The notes under the pieces are model-generated. The model saw only the letters and a list, made by a program, of their open reading frames with translations, did no database searches and was not told the origin of the DNA. From Bdellovibrio sp. (GTDB taxonomy: Bacteria; Bdellovibrionota; UBA1018), in the NCBI GenBank assembly GCA_016213345.1, contig JACRAO010000075.1, forward strand, positions 1-32,108: DNA of 32,108 nt, given 5' to 3'. Each line of letters starts with the position of its first letter. The stretch's first letter is position 1. A program made the translations under genes and the position numbers. Positions 18,483 through 26,890 of the stretch are shown here, in pieces.

Positions 18483-19394
18483 TTACTGTTTTTTAAAGAA
18501 CAACCTCCAGTCTTCTTTTTTACCACTTAATAGAAGTACCACAATATCTAAAATAAAAATAATTTGCAGTATAAGACTCGAAAGAGGTCCGCCTGCTCCG
18601 CCCGTAAGCCACCCGATTATTTCTGAGGTCGTCTGATGTTTAATTAATACTAGGCCAGGCAGTTCATAACCGAAGATGGGTAGGCTTGAAATAGGATGAA
18701 AAAAAACCAGTATACCACTTAAGATTCCTGCACCATAACAAAAGTCTTCTTTTTTTAACGCGCGTAAGCATAAGGAAATAGAGATAAGCGTTAAACTGAG
18801 CAGATGCTTAAGGCCAATATCAAACTGATAAAATTTTATTGCTAGATATAAAATAGTTGTTAAAACAATAGCGGCAATGTTTGAAAAATTTTGTCTTAAA
18901 AGATTAAAAATTTTTCTACGAAAAATAAATTCCTCTAAATAAACGAAACCACATAACAATAAAACACGCACTGCAATTCCTGTCAGAGCAAAAAGAGATT
19001 CTTCGAAGCTAATTAAAGTGCCGTAATATTGATAAAAACCAATAAACAACAAAGCAATGGTTGTGCCGAGAGAAATACTTGATCCAATGAAAAAAGAAGT
19101 AATATATGCTTTTTCAAAACGGTAATTAGAAAAAACTTCAGAAAATGAAAAAATAATTAATGGATTAAGATTTTTTAAAAGCAGCACATAAAGAAACACT
19201 CCAATGCTAAACACATTTAGTTCGATTGAGTGAAAAGCCTCACTCATTTCGGCAATAGATACGTTGGTGTTTTTCCAGTAATAAGCGTAAAGAGTCAGAA
19301 CCAATAGTCTAAACGTCCAGGTCCATAAGAGGTAAGTTATAAAATAAAAAGCTACATCAAGGATAGCCTTCGCATTTAAAAGAGACTTCATCAT
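18483..19394 (-). CDS. CPBP (CAAX) family intramembrane metalloprotease
   Basis: Polytopic membrane protein with the CPBP motif 1 EExxxR (YLEEFIFRRKIF) and downstream His-containing helices. The start was chosen to avoid overlap with ctaB. Confidence 0.6.
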   Translation of the reverse strand: MMKSLLNAKAILDVAFYFITYLLWTWTFRLLVLTLYAYYWKNTNVSIAEMSEAFHSIELNVFSIGVFLYVLLLKNLNPLIIFSFSEVFSNYRFEKAYITSFFIGSSISLGTTIALLFIGFYQYYGTLISFEESLFALTGIAVRVLLLCGFVYLEEFIFRRKIFNLLRQNFSNIAAIVLTTILYLAIKFYQFDIGLKHLLSLTLISISLCLRALKKEDFCYGAGILSGILVFFHPISSLPIFGYELPGLVLIKHQTTSEIIGWLTGGAGGPLSSLILQIIFILDIVVLLLSGKKEDWRLFFKKQ

Positions 19395-19402
19395 TATGAA
19401 TA

Positions 19403-20296
19403 TTATATCCAATATCGAAACAACTTCACACTCCAAAGATCTGCCACTGCAATAGCTATAAAAATTATTAGACTAAAATTAACCCAAAGAAAAAACCTGA
19501 GCCACTGCTTGTTATCAGATAATTTCAAAAAACGATTGAGTTCATATACAATTTTAAAGCACATTAAAAACGCGACGCACAAATACAGGCTGCCCACTTT
19601 TAGGAACAATGGAGCACCAAGAGAGAGTCCAATATAGGCTAAACACCAAAGTACAATGTGATTTTGGGTGATTTTGTTTCCATAAACAACTGGTAAAGTA
19701 TGGATATCCCCCCGTTCGTAATCGGTTTTATATTTAATAGCTAGTGTCCAAAAATGAGGCATTTGCCAAAAAAATAAAAGAAAAAATAAATATATCCCAC
19801 CCAAAGAAAATACTTGTCCATTGCTTGCGCTGTAGCCCATTAAAATAGGCAGGGCTCCAGGAATAGCGCCAGGGACAGCAGCAAATGCAAAATTTTTTTT
19901 AAACCACAGAGTATAAAGTCCATTGTAAAAAAACAATGCTAATAAGCCTAAAAAACAAATTTTAAGATCTATTATTGCTAAAATAAAATCGCCTAAGCAA
20001 ATGCAAAATACACTAAAACCAAGTGCCATGTGAGGAGAAACTGTTTTACATACAAGTGGTCTGTGTGCAGTTCTGTGCATTTTAGAATCCAAGCTTTGTT
20101 CTTGATACTGATTTAAAGCAGATGCACCAGTTGATAAAAAAAATATCCCAAAGAGAGTGCCAATTAAATGAGCTACTTGTAAATTTTTCTCAAAGTTTTG
20201 TCCTAAGAGGTAGCCTCCTAATGCGCAGATTAGCACTAACAAAACGATTTCAAATTTTGCCAGCTCTTTATATGTTTTTATTTTTTCAATCCACAT
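19403..20296 (-). CDS. ctaB: Protoheme IX farnesyltransferase (heme O synthase)
   Basis: UbiA-family motifs ALNQYQEQSLDSKMHRTAHRPL and FFWQMPHFWTLA. I prefer the ATG at 20296 (MWIEKIKTYKELAKFEI...). Confidence 0.88.
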   Translation of the reverse strand: MWIEKIKTYKELAKFEIVLLVLICALGGYLLGQNFEKNLQVAHLIGTLFGIFFLSTGASALNQYQEQSLDSKMHRTAHRPLVCKTVSPHMALGFSVFCICLGDFILAIIDLKICFLGLLALFFYNGLYTLWFKKNFAFAAVPGAIPGALPILMGYSASNGQVFSLGGIYLFFLLFFWQMPHFWTLAIKYKTDYERGDIHTLPVVYGNKITQNHIVLWCLAYIGLSLGAPLFLKVGSLYLCVAFLMCFKIVYELNRFLKLSDNKQWLRFFLWVNFSLIIFIAIAVADLWSVKLFRYWI

Positions 20297-20307
20297 TTTA
20301 CCACATT

Positions 20308-21168
20308 TTATATGAACCACTTATGCAAAGCGCCTATTTTTAATGAAAAATAAAATAATAATCCCCATAGGGCATACCCCAATGCAGCATGAGTTGCTCT
20401 GATATGTGTGTGTAGGCCAAAAAGAACATTAGTGACGCCTAGTATTATTTGCAATATAAATAATACTAAAAGAAAAGAGCTTAATTTTTTTAAGGGATAG
20501 GAATTTTTAAAGACTTTCAGCGGTAGGTGAATAAAAACACCAATCATTATGATTCCCCACCATCTGTGAATAAACGCAAGTGAGGTTTCAAAAGTGAGTG
20601 GGATTGGGAAAAAACTTTCTAAACAATTTGGAAACTGTGAGCAAGCAAGTCCTGCGTGGCTATGTCTTACAAGTCCTCCAAGAGCGAGTTGAATTAATAG
20701 TCCCACTAATGCGGTTTTGCTAAGTAAATGTAGTGCCCGATAGTTGAGGTGATAATTGAAATCCGAATATGAACATGCAATGCTAATTAGTCCTGCTAAA
20801 ACAAGACATGCAATGAGTAAGTGTATAGTGCTTGCAAGAATTGAGAGTTGCAAAAATACGGTGATACCGCCTAATAAAATCTGAATTGCAAGTAAAACGA
20901 GAATTGTAAAAGCGTGTTTTTTTGATGAATCTTGAGGTGGTTTTTTTATTGTTTTCATAAGTGTGATAAGAATGAATATGGCCGTGATAAGAGCAATCCA
21001 GCGATGTCCCCATTCAAAGATCACTTCTTTTTGTAGAGGAGGAAATACCGTCCCATAACACAGTGGCCAGTCCGGACAGCCCAAACCACTTCCGGTAGTG
21101 CTTACTAGGTTTCCCCACACCATGAGAAGATAAGTGAAACCAACTGTGATCCAGGATAGTGTTTTCAT
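20308..21168 (-). CDS. ctaA: Heme A synthase (COX15/CtaA)
   Basis: Eight TM helices, the N-terminal GCPDWPLCYG Cys pair, a second pair (ACSQFPNC), and conserved His residues in EWGHRW and FIHRWWG. Confidence 0.85.
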   Translation of the reverse strand: MKTLSWITVGFTYLLMVWGNLVSTTGSGLGCPDWPLCYGTVFPPLQKEVIFEWGHRWIALITAIFILITLMKTIKKPPQDSSKKHAFTILVLLAIQILLGGITVFLQLSILASTIHLLIACLVLAGLISIACSYSDFNYHLNYRALHLLSKTALVGLLIQLALGGLVRHSHAGLACSQFPNCLESFFPIPLTFETSLAFIHRWWGIIMIGVFIHLPLKVFKNSYPLKKLSSFLLVLFILQIILGVTNVLFGLHTHIRATHAALGYALWGLLFYFSLKIGALHKWFI

Positions 21169-21254
21169 ATTACTCCTGTGTATAACACAATCTCCACCCA
21201 GGGGTTAGAGTTATGTCTTGACTTTAAAGTATAATTTATAGATGTTTAACACAA

Positions 21255-22052
21255 ATGAAACTCATATTTCTAGTAAATCTATTTTGGAGTTTTGCTTATG
21301 CCGACACTTTGCCTGTCAGTAATCCTAAAATCCCACAAGAGCTTCAAGGTGTGGGAATTACAGAAAACTTAGGTAAGATGATTTCTATAGCCGAACTGTC
21401 TTTGAAAGATGAAACAGACAAGATTGTACTATTATCCCAATATTTTAAAACCAAAAAACCTGTTCTACTTGGACTGGTTTATTATGAATGTCCTAATTTA
21501 TGTCATTTTTTGTTAAATGGCATACTAACTACTCTAAAAAAATTTCCTTGGACACCTGGCAATGAATTTGAGTTTGTTTTAGTAAGTATTGATCCTAAAG
21601 AAACCGCAAACCTAGCCTTAAATAAAAAAGAAAGTTATTTAAATACATATAACCGGCCAAAAGCAGACTTTCATTTTTTAACTGGATCTCAAGAATCAAT
21701 TCAAAAACTTGCTTTGCAGATTGGATTTAATTATCGCTATGATGCAAAAGAAAAACAATTTGCCCATCCCGCAGCTCTTTATGTTTTGACTGACGAAGGA
21801 AAGATTTCTCGATATCTTTATGGAGTAGAGTTCAAGGAACAGGATTTGAGGTTAGCTTTGGTAGAAGCGTCGAAGGGTAAGGTAGGAACTGTTATTGATC
21901 GTATTTTGTTATTTTGTTATAGGTATGATCCTAAACTGCACACGTATTCATTGTATATTACAAGAGTTGTGCAACTCAGCAGTGCTTTTATGATTTTTGC
22001 TTTGGGGCTGTATTTGACAGTTTTTTGGATTAAACAAAGAGGGATTTGTTGA
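21255..22052 (+). CDS. SCO1/SenC copper chaperone for CuA assembly
   Basis: Signal peptide and a thioredoxin-like fold with CPNLC (CxxxC) and the conserved His in FAHPAALYVL. Sits directly upstream of oxidase subunit II. Confidence 0.8.
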   Translation: MKLIFLVNLFWSFAYADTLPVSNPKIPQELQGVGITENLGKMISIAELSLKDETDKIVLLSQYFKTKKPVLLGLVYYECPNLCHFLLNGILTTLKKFPWTPGNEFEFVLVSIDPKETANLALNKKESYLNTYNRPKADFHFLTGSQESIQKLALQIGFNYRYDAKEKQFAHPAALYVLTDEGKISRYLYGVEFKEQDLRLALVEASKGKVGTVIDRILLFCYRYDPKLHTYSLYITRVVQLSSAFMIFALGLYLTVFWIKQRGIC

Positions 22053-22053
22053 C

Positions 22054-23004
22054 ATGAGTCTGCCTATTGCTGCCACAGATGTCGCCGTAATGTGGGATCA
22101 TCTTTATTGGTTTTTGGTCTGGTTAAGCGTGTTTTTTTTCGTTCTAGTGGTTGGAACGATGATTTATTTTGTCATTAAATATCGCCATCAAAAAAAACAA
22201 AAACCTGTATTTATCACCGGCAATCACACACTCGAAGTTATTTGGAGTATTGTTCCTTTGCTGTTAGTGCTTATAGTGTTTGTGTGGGGCTATGTTGTAT
22301 ATCGCAAGATGATACATGCGCCACCTAATTCATTAGAGGTTAGGGTTATTGGTAAGCAATGGTTATGGCAGTTTCAATATGAAGACGGAAAAACTACAGT
22401 TAATGAGCTTTTTGTTCCAGTCAACCAGCCTGTTAAGCTTATTATGTCTTCTGAGGATGTTATTCATAGTTTTTTTGTTCCAGACTTTAGAGTGAAACAA
22501 GATGTTGTGCCGGGAATGTATACAAGTATTTGGTTTGAACCAACCGTGCCGGGAAGACATCAGATTTTTTGTGCCGAGTATTGCGGAACCTCGCATTCAC
22601 AAATGCTGGCAGATCTTTATGTATTATCAGAAGGAGACTGGGCTCAGTGGAAGGCTGGAAAAAAGTTAAACTTAAAAACTTCGCGGATTAGTATGTCTAA
22701 CGTACCAAGCCCAACTTTAGCTGAACAAGGAAAAAAACTTATGTTACAAAAGGGTTGCGTAGCTTGCCATTCAGATGATGGAAGCCCAAGGCCCGGGCCA
22801 ACATATAAAAATCTTTTTAACTCTAAAGTCGAGTTAGCCAATGGTCAGGTAGTCATAGCAGACGAAAATTATTTGAGAGAATCTATTGAAACTCCACAGG
22901 CAAAATTAGTAAAGGGTTTTGGACCTCTTATGCCAACGTTTCGTGGCATTGTTTCTGAAGAAGAAATCAATGCCATTATTGCCTATATTAAAAGCTTAAA
23001 ATAA
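22054..23004 (+). CDS. ctaC: Cytochrome c oxidase subunit II with a fused C-terminal cytochrome c domain (caa3-type)
   Basis: Two TM helices, CuA site HSFFVPDF...CAEYCGTSHSQM, and a C-terminal heme c motif GCVACHS with a downstream Met (LMPTF). Confidence 0.92.
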   Translation: MSLPIAATDVAVMWDHLYWFLVWLSVFFFVLVVGTMIYFVIKYRHQKKQKPVFITGNHTLEVIWSIVPLLLVLIVFVWGYVVYRKMIHAPPNSLEVRVIGKQWLWQFQYEDGKTTVNELFVPVNQPVKLIMSSEDVIHSFFVPDFRVKQDVVPGMYTSIWFEPTVPGRHQIFCAEYCGTSHSQMLADLYVLSEGDWAQWKAGKKLNLKTSRISMSNVPSPTLAEQGKKLMLQKGCVACHSDDGSPRPGPTYKNLFNSKVELANGQVVIADENYLRESIETPQAKLVKGFGPLMPTFRGIVSEEEINAIIAYIKSLK

Positions 23005-23013
23005 AGGAAGATT

Positions 23014-24600
23014 ATGTCTGATACACAAACAATGCATTATTTGAATCAAACCACAGGGATTTGGTCATGGCTAAAGACATTGGATCACAAACGAATTGGT
23101 CTAATGTATTTATTTACTGTTTTAATTTTCTTTTTAGTTGGCGGAGTTTTTGCTCTTCTCATACGTTGGAATCTTTTCTATCCAAACCACGGATTTGTAG
23201 AAGCCAATACGTATAATAAATTTTTTACATATCACGGCGCGATCATGGTGTTTTTGGTTATTATTCCTGCAATTCCTGCCACCTTAGGCAATTTCATGCT
23301 CCCATTGTTAGTCGGAGCAAAAGATGTTGCATTTCCACGTTTAAATTTATTTTCATATTACTTGTTTGTTTTAGGTGCTCTGATAGCTTTGGCTTCACTA
23401 TTTTTTGGTGGAGCAGATACGGGTTGGACATTTTATACGCCGTATTCCATTCGTGCCAGTAGCAGTATGATTTTTGTTGTTTTGGGAGCTTTTGTTGCTG
23501 GGTTTTCGTCTATTTTAACTGCACTAAATTTTATTATTACAATTCACAAACTTAGAGCTCCTGGATTAACACTCGGAAGGTTGCCACTTTTTTGTTGGGC
23601 AGTTTATGCAACTAGTATTATCCAAATTTTAGCAACTCCTGTGCTAGCCATTACACTTTTACTGCTTGTGTTTGAACAAGTGTTTAAAATTGGTATTTTT
23701 GATCCAAAATTAGGAGGAGATGCAGTTTTGTTCCAGCATTTTTTTTGGTTTTACTCACATCCTGCTGTGTATATTATGATTCTTCCGGCTATGGGTGTGA
23801 TTAGTGAAGTAGTGCCTGTGTTTTCAAGAAAGCCTATTTTTGGTTACAAGGCTATTGCCATGTCATCGTTTGGTATTGCACTTGTTGCTTTTATTGTTTG
23901 GGGGCATCATCTGTTTGTAAGTGGACAATCAGAACTTGCAAATTTTATTTTTTCTCTTCTTACCATGTCTGTAGCTGTACCAACTGGAGTAAAGGTTTTT
24001 AGTTGGTTAGCGACAATGTACAAGGGGTCAATTCATTTTAATGCTCCATTTTTATATGTGCTTGGATTTTTAGAACTCTTTTCGATAGGTGGCTTGACTG
24101 GTGTATTTTTAGCTACCTTGGCTCTAGACGTACATTTAACAGATACTTATTTTGTAGTGGCACATTTTCATTTTGTTATGGTGGGTGGGGCAATTATGGG
24201 TTTTTTTTCAGGATTGCACTATTGGTATCCAAAAATATGTGGAAAAATGTATTCTGAAAAATCAGCTCTTATTGCATTTGTTTTAATTATTATTGGCTTT
24301 AATGTTACTTTTTTCCCACAATTTATTTTAGGCGCTCAAGGGATGCCTAGAAGGTATTGGACTTATTTGCCAGAGTTTACATTGCTCAATCAAATTTCAA
24401 CTGTTGGATCATGGATGTTAGGTATAGGTTTTGTTTATGTTGTTTATTATTTACTTAGAGATTTAAAGAAAGGAGAAAAAGCTACTGCAAATCCTTGGCG
24501 TGCTTTGACGTTGGAGTGGCAAACTACGTCACCACCACCGACTGAAAATTTTGTAAAAACGCCAGTGGTTACGGAGTGGCCCTATGAGTATCGTGAGTAG
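23014..24600 (+). CDS. ctaD: Cytochrome c oxidase subunit I
   Basis: Twelve TM helices with canonical motifs: FFWFYSHPAVYIMILP, WGHHLF (CuB ligands) and VVAHFHFVM (heme ligands). Confidence 0.95.
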   Translation: MSDTQTMHYLNQTTGIWSWLKTLDHKRIGLMYLFTVLIFFLVGGVFALLIRWNLFYPNHGFVEANTYNKFFTYHGAIMVFLVIIPAIPATLGNFMLPLLVGAKDVAFPRLNLFSYYLFVLGALIALASLFFGGADTGWTFYTPYSIRASSSMIFVVLGAFVAGFSSILTALNFIITIHKLRAPGLTLGRLPLFCWAVYATSIIQILATPVLAITLLLLVFEQVFKIGIFDPKLGGDAVLFQHFFWFYSHPAVYIMILPAMGVISEVVPVFSRKPIFGYKAIAMSSFGIALVAFIVWGHHLFVSGQSELANFIFSLLTMSVAVPTGVKVFSWLATMYKGSIHFNAPFLYVLGFLELFSIGGLTGVFLATLALDVHLTDTYFVVAHFHFVMVGGAIMGFFSGLHYWYPKICGKMYSEKSALIAFVLIIIGFNVTFFPQFILGAQGMPRRYWTYLPEFTLLNQISTVGSWMLGIGFVYVVYYLLRDLKKGEKATANPWRALTLEWQTTSPPPTENFVKTPVVTEWPYEYRE

Positions 24601-24602
24601 GG

Positions 24603-24767
24603 CACTGGAACATTAATTTCTTCTTTTTTTAAAAAAATTTATCTCACCGGCCGCCATCCTGGCTCTCCGGGGGCCCCCTTGGCCATCCATGGCCGAATCG
24701 CATCCAGCTCCCCCGAGGCCGGTAAGATAAATTTTTTCTAAAAAAAGAAGAAATTAATGTTCCAGTG
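24603..24767. repeat. 165-bp near-perfect inverted repeat (50/51-nt AT-rich arms, 64-nt GC-rich core); candidate palindromic mobile element or structured RNA
   Basis: Left arm 24603-24652 and the reverse complement of 24717-24767 differ by one 1-nt indel and one mismatch. The core 24653-24716 is 45/64 G+C by my count and contains GGGGGCCCCC (24669-24678) and GGCCATCCATGGCC (24681-24694). Confidence 0.9.
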
Positions 24768-24805
24768 TAGTAGTCGCCTTATGAAGTAGTAAAGGATAAT
24801 ACATT

Positions 24806-25480
24806 ATGGCAGAGACGCAAGTTGTAGATCATCAGAAGCAACAACAACAACCTCATCATCATCATGCACATCATTTCATAAGTGCTGAAGCGGAATTTGA
24901 AGCCTCAAAACAGGGAATGTGGGTTTTTTTAGTGACTGAAGTGCTTATGTTTGGAGGGTTGTTTACTGCTTACGCAGTGTTTCGTGGGCTTTATCCTGAT
25001 ATGTTTTATGAAGCTCATAAATTTTTGAATGTTAAACTTGGATGTTTAAATACTGTGATTTTGATTACAAGCAGCCTCACTATGGTATTAGCTGTAAGTG
25101 CTTCTCAGAGAGGAGAAAAAAATAAAACAGCTTGGTTTTTAGCGTGCACACTTATGTTAGCGGCTGGGTTTTTGATTGTAAAATATATCGAATATTCTGC
25201 AAAATTTCACCACGGTCTATTGCCTGCTGGTTTTTTTCATAATGAAACAATAAAGCATGTGAAAGCACCTTTATTTTTTTCGCTTTATTTTATAATGACT
25301 GGACTTCATGGATTGCATGTCCTGATAGGTATGGGGTTAATTTTGTGGATTTTTACTAGAGCTTTAAAGGGTCAGTTTAGTTCTGGTTATTATACTCCAG
25401 TAGAGCTTGTAGGATTTTATTGGCATTTTGTGGATTTAGTTTGGATTTATCTTTTTCCACTTCTTTATTTAGTAGGATGA
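24806..25480 (+). CDS. ctaE: Cytochrome c oxidase subunit III
   Basis: His-rich N-terminus (HHHHAHHF), then 5 TM helices with GLHGLHVLIG and YWHFVDLVWI motifs. Confidence 0.9.
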   Translation: MAETQVVDHQKQQQQPHHHHAHHFISAEAEFEASKQGMWVFLVTEVLMFGGLFTAYAVFRGLYPDMFYEAHKFLNVKLGCLNTVILITSSLTMVLAVSASQRGEKNKTAWFLACTLMLAAGFLIVKYIEYSAKFHHGLLPAGFFHNETIKHVKAPLFFSLYFIMTGLHGLHVLIGMGLILWIFTRALKGQFSSGYYTPVELVGFYWHFVDLVWIYLFPLLYLVG

Positions 25481-25490
25481 GGAACACGAT

Positions 25491-26294
25491 ATGAATAAAG
25501 AACATGTGAATAAGCATTATATTTTATCAACCAAGAATGCATGCCTGGTTGGTGTGAGTTTGTTGATTTTAACTGTCATAACAGTTTTAGTGGCAGGAAT
25601 TAACCTAGGAAGATTGAATTTTATCATAGCTTTTTTAATTGCAACGATTAAGGGAACGTTAGTGGCATTATTTTTTATGAATCTAAAGCATGACCGAAAA
25701 GAAAATACGGTTATTTTTTTGACTTCCTTTGTGTTTTTGGCGGTTTTTATTGTGTTAACTGTGTCTGACTTATTTTTTCGCGGAGATGTATATGTAAAAG
25801 GTCAATTGGGTTTTGCACAAGCTGAGTTGACTTCGGGCACCATTAAACAGCCATGGATTTCTACGCCTGAGCTTATTGCAAAAGGAAAAATAGCGTTTTC
25901 TATACAATGTGTTGCGTGTCATGGAGCAGAGGGCCAAGGCAATGGTCCTGCTGCAGCGGCTCTTAAGCCTCCACCAAGAAATTTTACATCTCAAGAAAAT
26001 TGGAAATTAGGGAGAAAACCCTCCCAAGTATTTAAAACAATCAGGGATGGCATTCCTAATTCGGCAATGAGTTCTTTTAGTACAATACCAAACGATGACA
26101 GATGGGCACTTGTGCATTATGTTTTGTCTTTGGGTCCAAAATCGACACCAAAGCCTACAGAGGACACTAATGAAGATCTTGCAAAAATAGGAATTGATCC
26201 CAGCAAACAAACTGCCGGAAGTGATCAGACTCCAAGTATTACCATCGATTTTGCAATGCAGAGAATGATAGAAGAAGCTAAAAATAAGAGGTAA
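25491..26294 (+). CDS. Cytochrome c oxidase subunit IV (bacterial COX4_pro-like) fused to a C-terminal class I cytochrome c
   Basis: The N-terminal ~100 aa has 3 TM helices and the subunit-IV-like ATIKGTLVALFFMNLKH. The C-terminal soluble domain carries CVACHG, PPRNF and a distal Met (NSAMSSF). Confidence 0.8.
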   Translation: MNKEHVNKHYILSTKNACLVGVSLLILTVITVLVAGINLGRLNFIIAFLIATIKGTLVALFFMNLKHDRKENTVIFLTSFVFLAVFIVLTVSDLFFRGDVYVKGQLGFAQAELTSGTIKQPWISTPELIAKGKIAFSIQCVACHGAEGQGNGPAAAALKPPPRNFTSQENWKLGRKPSQVFKTIRDGIPNSAMSSFSTIPNDDRWALVHYVLSLGPKSTPKPTEDTNEDLAKIGIDPSKQTAGSDQTPSITIDFAMQRMIEEAKNKR

Positions 26295-26313
26295 CAGGAC
26301 TGCGTTTTACACA

Positions 26314-26345
26314 TGCTTATCTCACATGTGCTTTTGAGATAAGCA
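26314..26345. terminator. Hairpin between convergent genes (putative terminator)
   Basis: 11-bp stem tGCTTATCTCA / TGAGATAAGCa with a 10-nt loop, followed by a T-containing stretch on the + strand. Lies between the stops at 26294 (+) and 26357 (-). Confidence 0.5.
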
Positions 26346-26356
26346 AGATTTTATAT

Positions 26357-26734
26357 CTATTCAATCTTTAGATCAATCATTGTGCCTTTTTTAAACCTAC
26401 TGCCCTTACGTTGTATTAAGGCTGCCATTTGATAAGCATGTTCTCCCATCCATCTAAGTGCAGTTTTTGAGATATGTAGAAAATTTTTAATATTTAAAAA
26501 GGATTGTGTAAAGCTTGATAATTTTGTTGTTTCTGTATTATTTTTTTCTTGGGTCTCTTTTTTAAGTTGTAACTCAAAGATGTTGTCAGTTTTTATTGGA
26601 TCTTGTTGTTTGTCTTCATGTTTAGGGTCTTTTTTGTTTTGTTGTTCTTGTGTCTGTTCTTTTTCAATCCTAAGTTCAGAAGTGGAAATCGGCTGAATAA
26701 ATTTAGTAAGCGCAGAGCCAGTCTTAGACAGCAT
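26357..26734 (-). CDS. Hypothetical protein (Lys/Glu/Gln-rich low-complexity centre)
   Basis: 125-aa ORF that matches no family I recognise. Called coding only on ORF length and position. Confidence 0.45.
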   Translation of the reverse strand: MLSKTGSALTKFIQPISTSELRIEKEQTQEQQNKKDPKHEDKQQDPIKTDNIFELQLKKETQEKNNTETTKLSSFTQSFLNIKNFLHISKTALRWMGEHAYQMAALIQRKGSRFKKGTMIDLKIE

Positions 26735-26890
26735 GTGTCAAACCCGACAGCCTTTCTGACCGAGATATTTATTGCGCCTAGTTATATTATCGGTGCGGTG
26801 CGCTAAAACTTGAGTTAAAACACCGTCTACTATGTATTTCTGATTGACCAGGCTATGAACTAGATGCTATTCAATTGAGTCTTCAGCTAT

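Noticed and set aside
21169-21254. A divergent promoter between ctaA and sco (TTGACT and TATAAT hexamers are present)
   Set aside because: The two hexamers are only 6 nt apart, so they cannot form one sigma70 promoter. Other pairings give poor hexamers, so I cannot support specific coordinates.
24598-24741. The frame after the ctaD TAG stays open for 46 codons through the whole inverted repeat, which could mean read-through or an in-frame palindromic insertion as seen in Rickettsia RPEs
   Set aside because: CtaD already ends at a normal C-terminus (…TEWPYEYRE). The extension has no features of a folded or TM segment, and an open frame of 46 codons is weak evidence on its own. Noted only as something to check if the element turns out to be multi-copy.
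24830-24872. CAA/CAT trinucleotide run (QQQQPHHHHAHH) at the 5' end of ctaE as a slippage-prone contingency repeat
   Set aside because: A His-rich N-terminus is normal for oxidase subunit III. The run is short and interrupted, and any slippage would stay in frame.
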